Shown one piece after another: positions 38,372-47,912 of a stretch of 64,000 nucleotides of DNA. Origin of the DNA: a virus (lineage: Duplodnaviria; Heunggongvirae; Uroviricota; Caudoviricetes); IMG/VR virus record IMGVR_UViG_3300044796_000394; one strand, written 5' to 3'. Both the position numbers and the translations under genes were made by a program. The notes below the pieces were generated by a model. It ran no database searches. It saw nothing but the letters and a program-made list of their open reading frames with translations, and was not told the DNA's origin. The first letter of the stretch is position 1. The number at the start of each line of letters is the position of its first letter.

Positions 38372-38852
38372 ACTTGTCTAAAATTGCGTCCATATTCGCA
38401 TTAACAAAATCCTTCACCAGCTTACAATGTTCTTCAAGAGGACTCCATACTTGATAATAAGTTCTATTGAAAATCACAAAACGAGTTGTCAGATATGTAA
38501 ACCCGTCAATCGAATCAAAGTCTAATTTCCTACAATTCGGGCCACGACATACAACATCTAACACTAAACGACGATCATAAAAATTAGCAAAAAGTATATC
38601 ATCAAGAGTTAATGGTTTGAATTCAATGTAAGGATCTAACTCATACACTCTCTGTATCAGTCGCTCCCTCAGCATCATCTCGTCTGTTATCTTCTGAATT
38701 CCGGGTAGACTCGTTCGTTTGGATGTCAGATACTCTAATCTCTTCTTCGATTCCTCGTACTGTTCCTTTGTTATCCGTATCTTTTCGTTTTTTATTGTCA
38801 CATCCGTTATAGACAGTTGAACTATCTTGTTTAAATTCATACTCTGCCTCAT
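38340..38852 (-). CDS. Hypothetical protein (start uncertain)
   Basis: Fills the gap before 38132..38371; the 5' part overlaps 38641..38967. Confidence 0.5.
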   Translation of the reverse strand: MRQSMNLNKIVQLSITDVTIKNEKIRITKEQYEESKKRLEYLTSKRTSLPGIQKITDEMMLRERLIQRVYELDPYIEFKPLTLDDILFANFYDRRLVLDVVCRGPNCRKLDFDSIDGFTYLTTRFVIFNRTYYQVWSPLEEHCKLVKDFVNANMDAILDKFDKGQDVRKS

Positions 38853-38967
38853 GTGCCTGTTCGGGATTAGCGTCTAATTCTCTTTGTAAATGACGCCGAC
38901 GATGACGGTTGCCAGTCTTTTTGACAACTCGCTTCAATTCACGTAATTTCTTTTTATCTCTTTGCAT
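38641..38967 (-). CDS. Small basic hypothetical protein
   Basis: Start MQRDKKKLRELKRVVKK after an AAGGA Shine-Dalgarno. Confidence 0.6.
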   Translation of the reverse strand: MQRDKKKLRELKRVVKKTGNRHRRRHLQRELDANPEQAHEAEYEFKQDSSTVYNGCDNKKRKDTDNKGTVRGIEEEIRVSDIQTNESTRNSEDNRRDDAEGATDTESV

Positions 38968-39084
38968 GTTAATCCTTAACATTTAATATCAAATCTATAA
39001 ATTCTGCCATGAAATCAGCCCTTTTATCAAGAGGCATCAATCCAGACTATTAATCCGAAAAAGAACCACCAAATACTTATCATT

Positions 39085-39429
39085 TTAGTCCTCAGATACT
39101 TTGCGACTTGAATCTTGCGTTTGTCCTGAAGAGCTAGAATGGAAGGAAGGAAGCGAGCCAGTGAAGCTTCCAAAACTTCGCTCTTCGGTAATACTTGGAG
39201 CATCCATCAATCCACAATCTTCAGCCAATCGGGCACAAAGAGCAGCGACTTGGGACAATTCTTTGAGCAACTCCTGCTTATCGGGAACCTTCTTAAAGAT
39301 TTCCAACTTTACTTCCCAAAACTCTTCTTCTAACAAACCAAGGGCTTCATGCGTACTGCGAATCCGACCGTGGATGTCCCTGGCATTAGTTGCCTCAATA
39401 TAAGCCATCTTAAAAAAATTATCAATCAT
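39085..39429 (-). CDS. MazG-like all-alpha NTP pyrophosphohydrolase
   Basis: HEALGLLEEEFWEV...ELSQVAA acidic helical motif. Confidence 0.6.
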   Translation of the reverse strand: MIDNFFKMAYIEATNARDIHGRIRSTHEALGLLEEEFWEVKLEIFKKVPDKQELLKELSQVAALCARLAEDCGLMDAPSITEERSFGSFTGSLPSFHSSSSGQTQDSSRKVSED

Positions 39430-39439
39430 AGTTTATCCG

Positions 39440-39739
39440 TTAAGTGTTCCTGCGAATTCGCCCATACGTTCTACTTGTGTAGGAAGTGTAGGAAGTGGTA
39501 TAGGGAGTGTTGGTGAAATAGCTAGTTCCCCAATTGAAGTGTGTGGGGCTTGGTTTCCGCTTCCAAGTGACTTCGATAATCTCACTACAGTCGGGGGATA
39601 TTTTTTGTGCGTACTTTTCTCTGCTGGCTTGTTCCCAAAACTCTTGGTCTTTACCGTGAGGTTTTCCAGCATCAAGCCATTTGTAATAAGCCCTATTGCT
39701 TATCTCTTTGATTTCTTCTTCTGTCCAGTCGTAAGACAT
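39440..39739 (-). CDS. DUF2934-like protein
   Basis: Start refined to MSYDW; ISNRAYYKW..AGKPHGKDQEFWEQA motif. Confidence 0.75.
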   Translation of the reverse strand: MSYDWTEEEIKEISNRAYYKWLDAGKPHGKDQEFWEQASREKYAQKISPDCSEIIEVTWKRKPSPTHFNWGTSYFTNTPYTTSYTSYTSRTYGRIRRNT

Positions 39740-40284
39740 GTTCCAAATTCTTTCACAATATCGCAAATGCCAAACTTTTTGGCTTCGTTAGCAGTCAAAA
39801 ATACATCCGATGGCGGCATCAAGTGTTTTTTGACATTTGCCTCTGTTAACCTAGTATGCTTGACGAAATGATGGATCATCTGTTTCGTTACTATCTCATC
39901 CTGTTTCTGTTGCGCAATCAACTCATGTTCTTTGCCCCAACGTCCACCCGTCCATTGATGTGACATAATAAGCGTATTCGGCGTCAAAACCCTATGACCC
40001 CTGTCACCAGCAATGAAAATATTCAATGCCATACTCGCTATTACACCCAATCCAACGGTGTGAACAGGAATTCCACTGCCTTCCATTACATCAATAAGAG
40101 CAAATCCAGAAGTGACAAAACCGCCACCTGAATTGATAATTAACGTCAAATGGTCATGAACACCATTCAAATTAGCTTCTAAAATAAATCGGATCGCATC
40201 TGAACAATTCCCATCATCAATTTCATCAGATAATTGGTAAATCCCGAAATCTTCCAAATTGCGACTAAGTTTTTCTTCTTGCAT
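39700..40284 (-). CDS. clpP: ClpP-type serine protease subunit
   Basis: INSGGG, G..ASM (catalytic Ser), IMSHQ (His), DVFLTANEA..FGICD. Confidence 0.9.
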   Translation of the reverse strand: MQEEKLSRNLEDFGIYQLSDEIDDGNCSDAIRFILEANLNGVHDHLTLIINSGGGFVTSGFALIDVMEGSGIPVHTVGLGVIASMALNIFIAGDRGHRVLTPNTLIMSHQWTGGRWGKEHELIAQQKQDEIVTKQMIHHFVKHTRLTEANVKKHLMPPSDVFLTANEAKKFGICDIVKEFGTCLTTGQKKKSKR

Positions 40285-40314
40285 ACGTACCCCCTCACCT
40301 ATATAAAGGAGGGT

Positions 40315-40464
40315 TTACTTTTTCTCTAAACGATCCATCAAGGCTTTGATCTGTTCTTCCAATTTGGCAACCTTTTCTTTAAGAAACTTGACTTCGTTCT
40401 CCAAAATAATATTTGAAGTGACAAATCTATTATTTCCCCAACCCTGATCCGGTGTCATTGGCAT
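40315..40464 (-). CDS. Small coiled-coil protein (49 aa)
   Basis: MPMTPDQGWG...LENEVKFLKEKVAKLEEQIKALMDRLEKK, a clear heptad repeat. Confidence 0.55.
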   Translation of the reverse strand: MPMTPDQGWGNNRFVTSNIILENEVKFLKEKVAKLEEQIKALMDRLEKK

Positions 40465-40473
40465 AAATTATTC

Positions 40474-41436
40474 TCACATATATTCAAGATTCGTATATGA
40501 AACCTTATCACAGAGAATTGAATAAATCAACGCCTTTCTGACAGTCACACCATTCTTTGGTTGTTCTTTCAAATATCTAACACGTTTATCACCGTCCAAC
40601 GATGTAGGAATTTCTTCATTTCTCGGCATTGGATGCATGATCAAAGATTTCTCTGGCAAAATCTTCAAATCACTTTCTGTCAAACAAAAATCCTTCCACC
40701 GATCAGCGTGAATGGAATAATCCACCATCCGCTCTTTCTGCAACCGAGTCATGTAAACCACATCCGGTGAAGATTGAAAGGAATCCTTGATAGACTCGTA
40801 TTTGTTAACTTGAACCCTTCTACTCACCAACCAATCTGCCAATTCATCAGGTAAAGACAAACGGTTCGGACTGGTAAGCGATAAAGTTAACTTCGGATAG
40901 TTTGACAGCAAGCGTACGAGGCTGTGTACGGTTCTTCCGTGAAGAAGGTCGCCACATATCATTACGTTGAGATGATCCAATTTGCGGTGCTTTTTGATCG
41001 TGTACAGGTCAAGCAAAGCCTGTGTGGGATGCTCGCCCGTACCATCCCCCGCATTGATTACAGGAACCTTTGCAACCTTGGCTGCACGTTCTACGGCATT
41101 TAACACCGGAGTTCGTAAAACGATAATATCGGCATAGTTGGAAACGGTAGCAACCATATCTTCTATGGATTCACCTTTGGCAGCAGATGAGGTTCCGGAA
41201 TCGGATACGGTAATGACATTGCCACCCATACAGTACATGGCAGCTTCAAATGAAAGTCGTGTTCTAGTAGAAGGTTCCAAAAAAAGTGTAGCAAGGGTTT
41301 TTCCCTTAGCTAACGAATTAGTGTAAAATAATTTGTCATCTTTAACAACGGCGGCATCAGAAACGGCATTGGCAACGTGAAATAACTCATCCAAACTCTC
41401 ACGAGTTTCAAATTGTTTGGCAGAAATGAGGTGCAT
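40474..41436 (-). CDS. pyrB: Aspartate carbamoyltransferase catalytic subunit
   Basis: FLEPSTRTRLSFE, KGES, INAGDG.GEHPTQALLD, GDL.HGRTVHS, TRLQKER, HPMPR. Confidence 0.95.
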   Translation of the reverse strand: MHLISAKQFETRESLDELFHVANAVSDAAVVKDDKLFYTNSLAKGKTLATLFLEPSTRTRLSFEAAMYCMGGNVITVSDSGTSSAAKGESIEDMVATVSNYADIIVLRTPVLNAVERAAKVAKVPVINAGDGTGEHPTQALLDLYTIKKHRKLDHLNVMICGDLLHGRTVHSLVRLLSNYPKLTLSLTSPNRLSLPDELADWLVSRRVQVNKYESIKDSFQSSPDVVYMTRLQKERMVDYSIHADRWKDFCLTESDLKILPEKSLIMHPMPRNEEIPTSLDGDKRVRYLKEQPKNGVTVRKALIYSILCDKVSYTNLEYM

Positions 41437-41459
41437 AGAATGTCTCCATATTTCAACAA

Positions 41460-41488
41460 ATCATATCACGTTAATCATTGCTTGTCAA
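41460..41488 (-). promoter_or_regulatory. Strong sigma70-type promoter driving the pyrB-clpP-leuS-aspS block
   Basis: TTGACA-17 nt-TATGAT with a TG extended -10, about 25 nt upstream of the pyrB start (GGAGA Shine-Dalgarno). Confidence 0.8.
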
Positions 41489-41588
41489 TAGAATGTTTGG
41501 CATATTCGAAAAGACCCCCTGGGACCAAAGATTAAAGTACTATAGGTGAGTACCTTTTAACTGGCTTTAGGAACTTTGATTCATCTAT

Positions 41589-41822
41589 TTAGAACTACGC
41601 CAAACTCAGATCCTAGTCCCGTGGGTAGATCAATGAGAACTCGTAATTCAGCGAACTCGGAATGGGGTCAGGTTTCCGGGGAGGCCCGCAAAGTGAAGCG
41701 GTCGCCGGTTTTTCATTCTTGTATTGGCGGATGATGGCTTAGCACAAAAATGGACTTTAGGAAGTCAGCCAGTTCGAAAAAGTTCGTTGAGTTACTAGTT
41801 AATAGTCTGGTGGAAGTTCTAA
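41589..41822 (+). ncRNA. Candidate structured non-coding RNA, family unassigned (may begin near 41520)
   Basis: Largest ORF-free gap in the window. Nested helices 41589-41606/41804-41822, 41643-41657/41781-41795, 41659-41667/41711-41719, 41676-79/41705-08, 41686-89/41698-701, 41753-57/41762-66. G-U wobbles favour the + strand. Confidence 0.6.
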
Positions 41823-41888
41823 TTTGTTATCCTCGTAAAAATATTTGAGGATGAACTATATAAAATAATAGATCGCTGAGGAAAATCA

Positions 41889-42380
41889 ATGTCAACACTT
41901 TCGGTAATTCAGTATACGGTTGGAGCAGACGTAGCCATCAACATGTCAGGTTTAGCTGACGGTTCGAAGGCTGTTTCGGATGCGATTGATAATAGCACGA
42001 CTCGTTATCAACAAGCTGACATCGGCTTCAAGTTCAAAACGAACCAACACCGCATTGACAAGACCAATGGAACCGTAATTATCGGTATCTTGCGTTCTGT
42101 TGATGGTGGCACGACTTATGACACCCACCTTCGTCCGGGTAACATCCTCGCCGTGGTTAATGACTTGGATGCTGATACCGAATACGTATTGAGCGTTTCA
42201 ACGAATGGTATGGGTTTCCTGCCTTCCCACTTCAAGATTTCAGTTCGTAATAGCACTGGCGCCCCATTCTTCCATAAAGACGAGAAGTTTGGCGTTTGGT
42301 ACACTGGCAAGAAGGTTTTGGGAGTGTCGAGTGATGCTTCAATGGCTATGTCAATGACCGGCGACTGGTTGCGTGGTTAA
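41889..42380 (+). CDS. Hypothetical protein, probable virion beta-sandwich protein
   Basis: GAGGA Shine-Dalgarno, CTATATA upstream, own terminator; beta-rich sequence. Confidence 0.7.
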   Translation: MSTLSVIQYTVGADVAINMSGLADGSKAVSDAIDNSTTRYQQADIGFKFKTNQHRIDKTNGTVIIGILRSVDGGTTYDTHLRPGNILAVVNDLDADTEYVLSVSTNGMGFLPSHFKISVRNSTGAPFFHKDEKFGVWYTGKKVLGVSSDASMAMSMTGDWLRG

Positions 42381-42404
42381 GTTCCAATAAAAATTCAGTA
42401 AATG

Positions 42405-42433
42405 AAAAGACCAATTTGATGTTGGTCTTTTTT
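42405..42433 (+). terminator. Rho-independent terminator
   Basis: AAAAGACCAA-loop-TTGGTCTTTTTT. Confidence 0.75.
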
Positions 42434-42479
42434 TATTCGATTATCGTGTTATTGTGAGTCAATTCCTCATGGACACATT

Positions 42480-42995
42480 ATGAATCATTACAGTACTACT
42501 GATCTTTGTATGCTTGGATTCGCATTAACAATTATCGGCCTCACAATAGGTTTTTGTCTTGGTTATTTGGCTTGTATGCGTGAAATCACTCGGCAATTAC
42601 ATCGAAGTGTTAATAAAGTTTGTTTGGGCGAAAAAGGTGTTCCTTTACCACTTTTGGATGCCCCCGTTGATATGAAACCACCACCTCGGATGTATACTGT
42701 AGGCGGTATTATCAAAAGCGTGTATATGTCTGCTTCTCCGGGGCCACACGTACTTAACGGTGAACCCACTGTTATTTCTCTTGATCAACTTATGTTGGAT
42801 TTGGATACCGGTTCAAGTTATACCATTCCACCCGACATCAAGATTACTTTCCGCTATCAAAACTTAACCACAAACGAATTCTTCGACTTGTGGGCAACAA
42901 AACTATTCAACCAAGAAATACGAGCGAATCTGAGTATTGCCGATGATAAGGTAATCCATGTATTCCTCCATCAAGCAGGAACCGCCAATGATTGA
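42480..42995 (+). CDS. Hypothetical membrane-anchored protein
   Basis: N-terminal transmembrane helix. Confidence 0.6.
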   Translation: MNHYSTTDLCMLGFALTIIGLTIGFCLGYLACMREITRQLHRSVNKVCLGEKGVPLPLLDAPVDMKPPPRMYTVGGIIKSVYMSASPGPHVLNGEPTVISLDQLMLDLDTGSSYTIPPDIKITFRYQNLTTNEFFDLWATKLFNQEIRANLSIADDKVIHVFLHQAGTAND

Positions 42996-43419
42996 AACCA
43001 TTCTGTTTATTTTAGCTCTCCACTGGATCGGGGACTTTATCTGTCAATCCCGATGGATGGCCGATAACAAAAGCAAAAATCCCATCGCTCTATCCGTACA
43101 CGTACTGACCTACGGATTCATACTAACAACGTTCCTTGCGTTCGGTTATCCGGTTCTCAGAATGATTGCCGGTTGTATAGATGGAAAATGGGAATACCCA
43201 CCCGATATGCCTATGTTGACATTCCTCGGTTTGGTATCCTACGTTGGCGTTAATATGGGTCTTCACTGGTTTACAGACCTGATAACAAGCCAATTTACCA
43301 AGTACTTCTGGAACAAGAAAAATGTTAGTGCGTTTTTCAGCACCATAGGCTTTGACCAGCTAATCCATTCGTTCTGTCTTGTATTAACAATCAAGCCATT
43401 TTTGTTTTCATATAATTAA
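42988..43419 (+). CDS. DUF3307-like membrane protein
   Basis: HWIGDFICQSRWMA..K...L.VHV..Y...H..TD...IGFDQ.IH motif. Confidence 0.85.
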   Translation: MIETILFILALHWIGDFICQSRWMADNKSKNPIALSVHVLTYGFILTTFLAFGYPVLRMIAGCIDGKWEYPPDMPMLTFLGLVSYVGVNMGLHWFTDLITSQFTKYFWNKKNVSAFFSTIGFDQLIHSFCLVLTIKPFLFSYN

Positions 43420-44324
43420 CGAGCTAGTATAAAATCACAGAAGTGGAAACTCATAACTCGTCCTAAATCGCCCTTACCTTCCTTGTACTCTTCCATAGGC
43501 GAGTTTTTGAAGTGTTTTTGAATAACTGACTTGAATACATCATTATCCATAAAAAACTTCTCTACAGGCTCTTGAATCTTATCTTCCTTAACAACCGACA
43601 ATCCCGCTTTTTGAATCCAATTCTTGTAAGTCCACATAGGATGGATCACCTTGCGAGTTGGAACAATGTCATAACCGGCTCTCTTTAACTTTTCTTCATC
43701 ATAAATCAAGTGCGCAAAAGCCTTGTTGAGTTGGGTGTACAAGTGACTTCCGTGTCTTCCAATCCAAGGATGGAACCGCACGCTGATAAATCCATCTTTC
43801 GCCAGTAATTTAGACAATTCCGACAATACATCTTTCGGGTCTTTGTCCATCACATGATCTAAAACGTCATAAATCAGAATGTAATCGTAAGGTGCATTCT
43901 CAATTACCTGTTTCCAGTCAGTCGTATAGATCGCAATACCATCTTGTGTGAAGGTTGGCCACTTGGAACCAGCCTTAATATCGTACGCTACTACCTTGCG
44001 TGCGCCCCTACTCAGCACTTCTGACGATACGTGTCCTTCGCCACAACCAAAATCCAGAAAGTTAAGTCCGAATACATCCTGTTCAACGTTCATTTCTACG
44101 ATGCTTTTGGCCCGCAGTTGTAGTTCGTCTTCATCATCGGGGTTAACTATGAGTGCTGGATTGACGGCATAAGGCCAATCAATGTCATCTTTTAGATCGA
44201 CTAACATATCGGACAAGAAAACATCGGGATCTTTGACACCAATGGTAATTTCCTTGATGTCGTCCCTGTTTTTGTCAAGAAGTCTTTTAATTGTAGCTGG
44301 ATTACTTACTCTAAAATCGTGCAT
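43416..44324 (-). CDS. Class I SAM-dependent methyltransferase
   Basis: FLDFGCGEG, VAYDI and YDYILIYDVLDH motifs. Confidence 0.88.
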   Translation of the reverse strand: MHDFRVSNPATIKRLLDKNRDDIKEITIGVKDPDVFLSDMLVDLKDDIDWPYAVNPALIVNPDDEDELQLRAKSIVEMNVEQDVFGLNFLDFGCGEGHVSSEVLSRGARKVVAYDIKAGSKWPTFTQDGIAIYTTDWKQVIENAPYDYILIYDVLDHVMDKDPKDVLSELSKLLAKDGFISVRFHPWIGRHGSHLYTQLNKAFAHLIYDEEKLKRAGYDIVPTRKVIHPMWTYKNWIQKAGLSVVKEDKIQEPVEKFFMDNDVFKSVIQKHFKNSPMEEYKEGKGDLGRVMSFHFCDFILAR

Positions 44325-44343
44325 GTCTTTATAATAGGGTAAG

Positions 44344-44994
44344 ATGTTAAAACCATATCGAACATTTTACTGTACCAATTCAGAGAAAGCCCTACATTTG
44401 GGCGATCTAATTAACATCTATCAGCAATGCGCCCAAAGTCGTTCTACGCTTTTTTCGGATCACGTGTGCAAGTGCTGTCAAAACTCCTCAGCCGATGTTT
44501 TGAACTTTCTCACAGAATTGAATCCTGCTGTTAAGTTTGGCAAGTTGGTAGGAAAGCCGCAGGAAATGTTGCCGTGGTGGTTCAAGGAATGGTCGGGTGA
44601 GATATGTCAGTACGTTAAGGCGTTACAGTTGCCGCCCAAAGACTCACATATCGCCGTACAGATTGATTCCCGTAGTAAAGGCAAAAAGATCCCACATTGG
44701 GCCAGTAAGTCCATTCAGTTCCTAAAACGAGCGATAAACGTTGGAGACAGACCGTTAAGGTGCAGAAATAAGATCAAAGTGGATTTACGAACCAAGTTTG
44801 ACATTATTGCTTCAGCTAGGTATTATGTGGGGATTGATAGCGGATTGACTCATTTGGCTTTGATGACGGATACGCCGATAGTTCTTATTCATCCCGAAGA
44901 TTGGGATGTTAAGAGGTTCTATCCCGACACCGATCAGATTACCAGTGTTACCAAGTATCGTGATTTCATTAAGGTTGTTGAAAGCTATGCCTAA
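44344..44994 (+). CDS. Glycosyltransferase family 9-like protein
   Basis: HLGD near the N-terminus; YVGIDSGLTHLA..T.TP.V.I motif. Confidence 0.75.
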   Translation: MLKPYRTFYCTNSEKALHLGDLINIYQQCAQSRSTLFSDHVCKCCQNSSADVLNFLTELNPAVKFGKLVGKPQEMLPWWFKEWSGEICQYVKALQLPPKDSHIAVQIDSRSKGKKIPHWASKSIQFLKRAINVGDRPLRCRNKIKVDLRTKFDIIASARYYVGIDSGLTHLALMTDTPIVLIHPEDWDVKRFYPDTDQITSVTKYRDFIKVVESYA

Positions 44995-47545
44995 ACTCTA
45001 CGAAATTTGGCGAATTGATCTTAGTGATCGAGCGTCTTATGCGTGGGGCAAGTACACTAATAAGGAATTTCCGCTGATAGAGGTTATTGGTGTCATTCAT
45101 TTGATGAGAGAAGAAATCCGTTCAATGGATTTGGAAAAACTCACAGCGAAGTGCAAGTATTTGAATGAATGCGGTTGTGAAGATGAACGTTACGAAATTC
45201 GTGAAGTGCCTTACGATCTATGACACAAGGAGTGTTTATCGTGAATATTAACGAAAAGATACTTGCCGCAAGACAAAGGCTTGAAAACGCCAAGTCGGAA
45301 GTATTATCTGCCAAAGTAGCATTAGCCAAGTGTTACAAGGATCGCTATTCGGACGGAAAATTCTGTCTTATTAGAGGTACGCAGACGGTTACTGTAGGCG
45401 AATGGCCCAATCAGAAATATAGCACCCAAGACGTTTATTACGTTTTGGTGGAAGATTCGCCAACGCATAAATTCATTTGTTATAAAATGGATAATAAGGG
45501 TATTACTCGTCTAACTCGATATCCGTGGACTTCGAGACACAGCAGAAAACTCACCGCTTATGATTCTTACGAGAAGTTGATAATTGGTGCTGATCGCCTT
45601 AAGATGCCAGTTGAACTTATCAACGAATTCATTGACGAATACAAAAAACCGGGGAGTCGTCGTGGATAACGAAACTTTGAAAGAAGCCAAACGCATCAAT
45701 AAGAATTACGATGCGAAGTTGCGGCGAATGACAATTAAGACTCGCAATGGTGAAAAAGATGCAGCCCTCAATTTCATCAAATTGCTTACTGAACAAGCTC
45801 TTGCTTTGAAGGCGATTGGTTATTGGGTGAACGATGACGGCAAATTGGAAAAAATAACAGAAAAAAGCAGGTTAACCAAGCTGACTGAAATCAGAGAAAA
45901 GCACGGCGACCCAACGGATGCCGTAAAGTTCCTCAAGAGTTTAATGTCATGAAAATTTGGCCATTTATTCGAGCAATTGCATTCGTCGCCGTTTCAGCAT
46001 ACATTGGAATGGTTTGGCTTGCTGGAATTGGTTACGGATGGCACGGAGCGGTATGCGGTGGCATATTTAGCATTTTAATGCTAATCTGGGCGTACAACAT
46101 CACAAAGCGATCTAAAGGAACATAAGATGTTTTGCCTTCAACGTTTTTCACAATTGTCCGTTACAGAAGGCGACTTGTATTTAACGAACTACAACCTTGA
46201 CAAGTTGAAGGCAATGAATTTGTCACCTTGTCGATGGGCCGAAAGTACTGACATTGTTTTGATGCCGGGTTTTGGTAGCGGTACACTTCGTCTTGGTGAG
46301 CATGAGTTCAAAATTACTTATGCTTGGTTAGGTGGTACTGCCGAAGATTCAAAAGATAAATTCAAGGCCAGATCATATACCGTTCGTGTTTCCGGTACAA
46401 ACGTTAAGGAATCCTTCAATCAATTGATGAAACAGATTATTGCGGATGAGAACGACGGCAAGTTGTATTGGGATATGCCTATCAAGCAATACATGAAAGA
46501 AAAATTGTGTTGTAAAAATATGCGACAATATCGCAAAGACGCATACGAGAGTCGGGAAAGGTTAATCAAGCTGTTGGAAGCCAAAGACAGTACATTGTCT
46601 CCTAAATTCCGTTCCGTTATGAAAAGATTAGTTCATACAGACGAACAGCTTGAGCAGGACATTCTTGAGTTTCAACAGGAACTCAAAGCAGGTGGTACTC
46701 GCAAAATTTATTACAAGATGAACAACCTCGATAGAATAGGGAGTTGATCTATGCGTGGGCCAAACTTTAACGCTGACCACAATGCCGTAGAAACACAGGC
46801 AAACGGTGAAACACGTACAGTACGCAGTTTGCCCAAAGGAACGCCGTCCAACTGGCTTAAGCCCTCAAGGTTTAAGGCCGGTGATCGTGTTTCTTATACT
46901 TGGCATCCAGATTTGGCGTTAGCGTGGATCACTGGCACCATTTATCAGGTCATTTATTCGCACATATCAGGTTATCAGTATTTGATTCAACGAGAAGGAA
47001 CAAACCGCAATGCTTTGTACGGAAGGGATACCGTTAACGATAGCAATCCTACGTTAAAGTTGGCAAACTCATGAACTTTCCTTTGCAAATTGACTCACCA
47101 GAAGATGAATTGGCCAAAGCGATTGCCAATGATTTAGTCATTGACGGTATCAATGGTATGTTAGCTTTGCCTTTAGCTATCAAGTTAATGGCAATCATTG
47201 ATGAAGCCCATACTGATCCATTGATTGGTGTTAAGAAAATCAAAGAACAACGAAAACAATCCGACCAATGGTGGGTTGACAACTGGCCAAAAACTAAAAA
47301 CGCACGACAAGCAAAAAAGAGACTCAATGCAAAACTATGAACTTGAAAGCAGTGAACTATTTCTCGATAATGAGAAGGTTGTTAATGATGGAACATTAAC
47401 GTCTTTGGAATTGGCAACCCTTTATTCTCTTTTTGATAAATGGGTTAACTTGCCAACAAGATTTAAAAGACGAGCTCATATGCAATTGGCCGCAATGGAC
47501 ATTAGCAAAAAACTATGGGAGGAAGTCCGTGAACTTGGAGTATAA
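44987..47545 (+). other. Run of small coupled hypothetical genes (44987-45223, 45220-45669, 45662-45952, 45949-46125, 46127-46747, 46751-47074, 47071-47340, 47327-47545)
   Basis: Abutting or overlapping start-stop junctions; no family recognised. 45949-46125 is a 58-aa two-helix membrane peptide. Confidence 0.6.
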
Positions 47546-47912
47546 CAATAGTTTCATTGTCATGCCGACGGATTGTAACTACCACCTTACAATGATCTTC
47601 GGCGGCGCATTCATGGCACAACTTGATTTGTGTGCTGCTGCTTGCGTTACAAGGTTTCTCCACGACTCCGAATGCGACTCGGCAGTTACGTACAGAATAA
47701 ATAATCTCGTTTTTCATGGTGCTGCCATGATTGGCGATATTGTTTTTATGTACGCAAAGATTACACAGGTCAGAACCCACGCAATTGTCGTTAACATTGA
47801 AGCATTCCGTGAAAAGCGGGACGGCCCAAAGCGTGATAAGGTTGCCGATGCAGAATTCGTGTTTGTTTCCCGTAAGGGCGACAAAGTACACCCACACGGA
47901 ATGAAACTGTGA
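47529..47912 (+). CDS. Acyl-CoA thioesterase (hotdog fold), second copy
   Basis: VMPTDCNY...IFGGAFMAQLD..A, AVT, GDIV motifs; probable GTG start at 47529. Confidence 0.85.
   Translation: MNLEYNNSFIVMPTDCNYHLTMIFGGAFMAQLDLCAAACVTRFLHDSECDSAVTYRINNLVFHGAAMIGDIVFMYAKITQVRTHAIVVNIEAFREKRDGPKRDKVADAEFVFVSRKGDKVHPHGMKL

Noticed and set aside
38975-39083. Possible frameshifted small ORF (MISIWWFFFGLIVW / MPLDKRADF...)
   Set aside because: Too short to support without homologues; either piece could be spurious.
41643-41812. Group I intron (AAUUCAGCGAAC resembles the P element and UAGUCU the S element)
   Set aside because: There is no room for P6-P8 or an R element after the P4-like pairing, and no interrupted gene flanks the region.
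41589-41822. SRP RNA, RNase P or tmRNA identity for the structured RNA
   Set aside because: Only a loose likeness to SRP helix 8 (GAGG...AGCGG without the canonical GNRA geometry); no GAGGAAAGUCC motif; no tRNA-like ends. Left unassigned pending cmscan.
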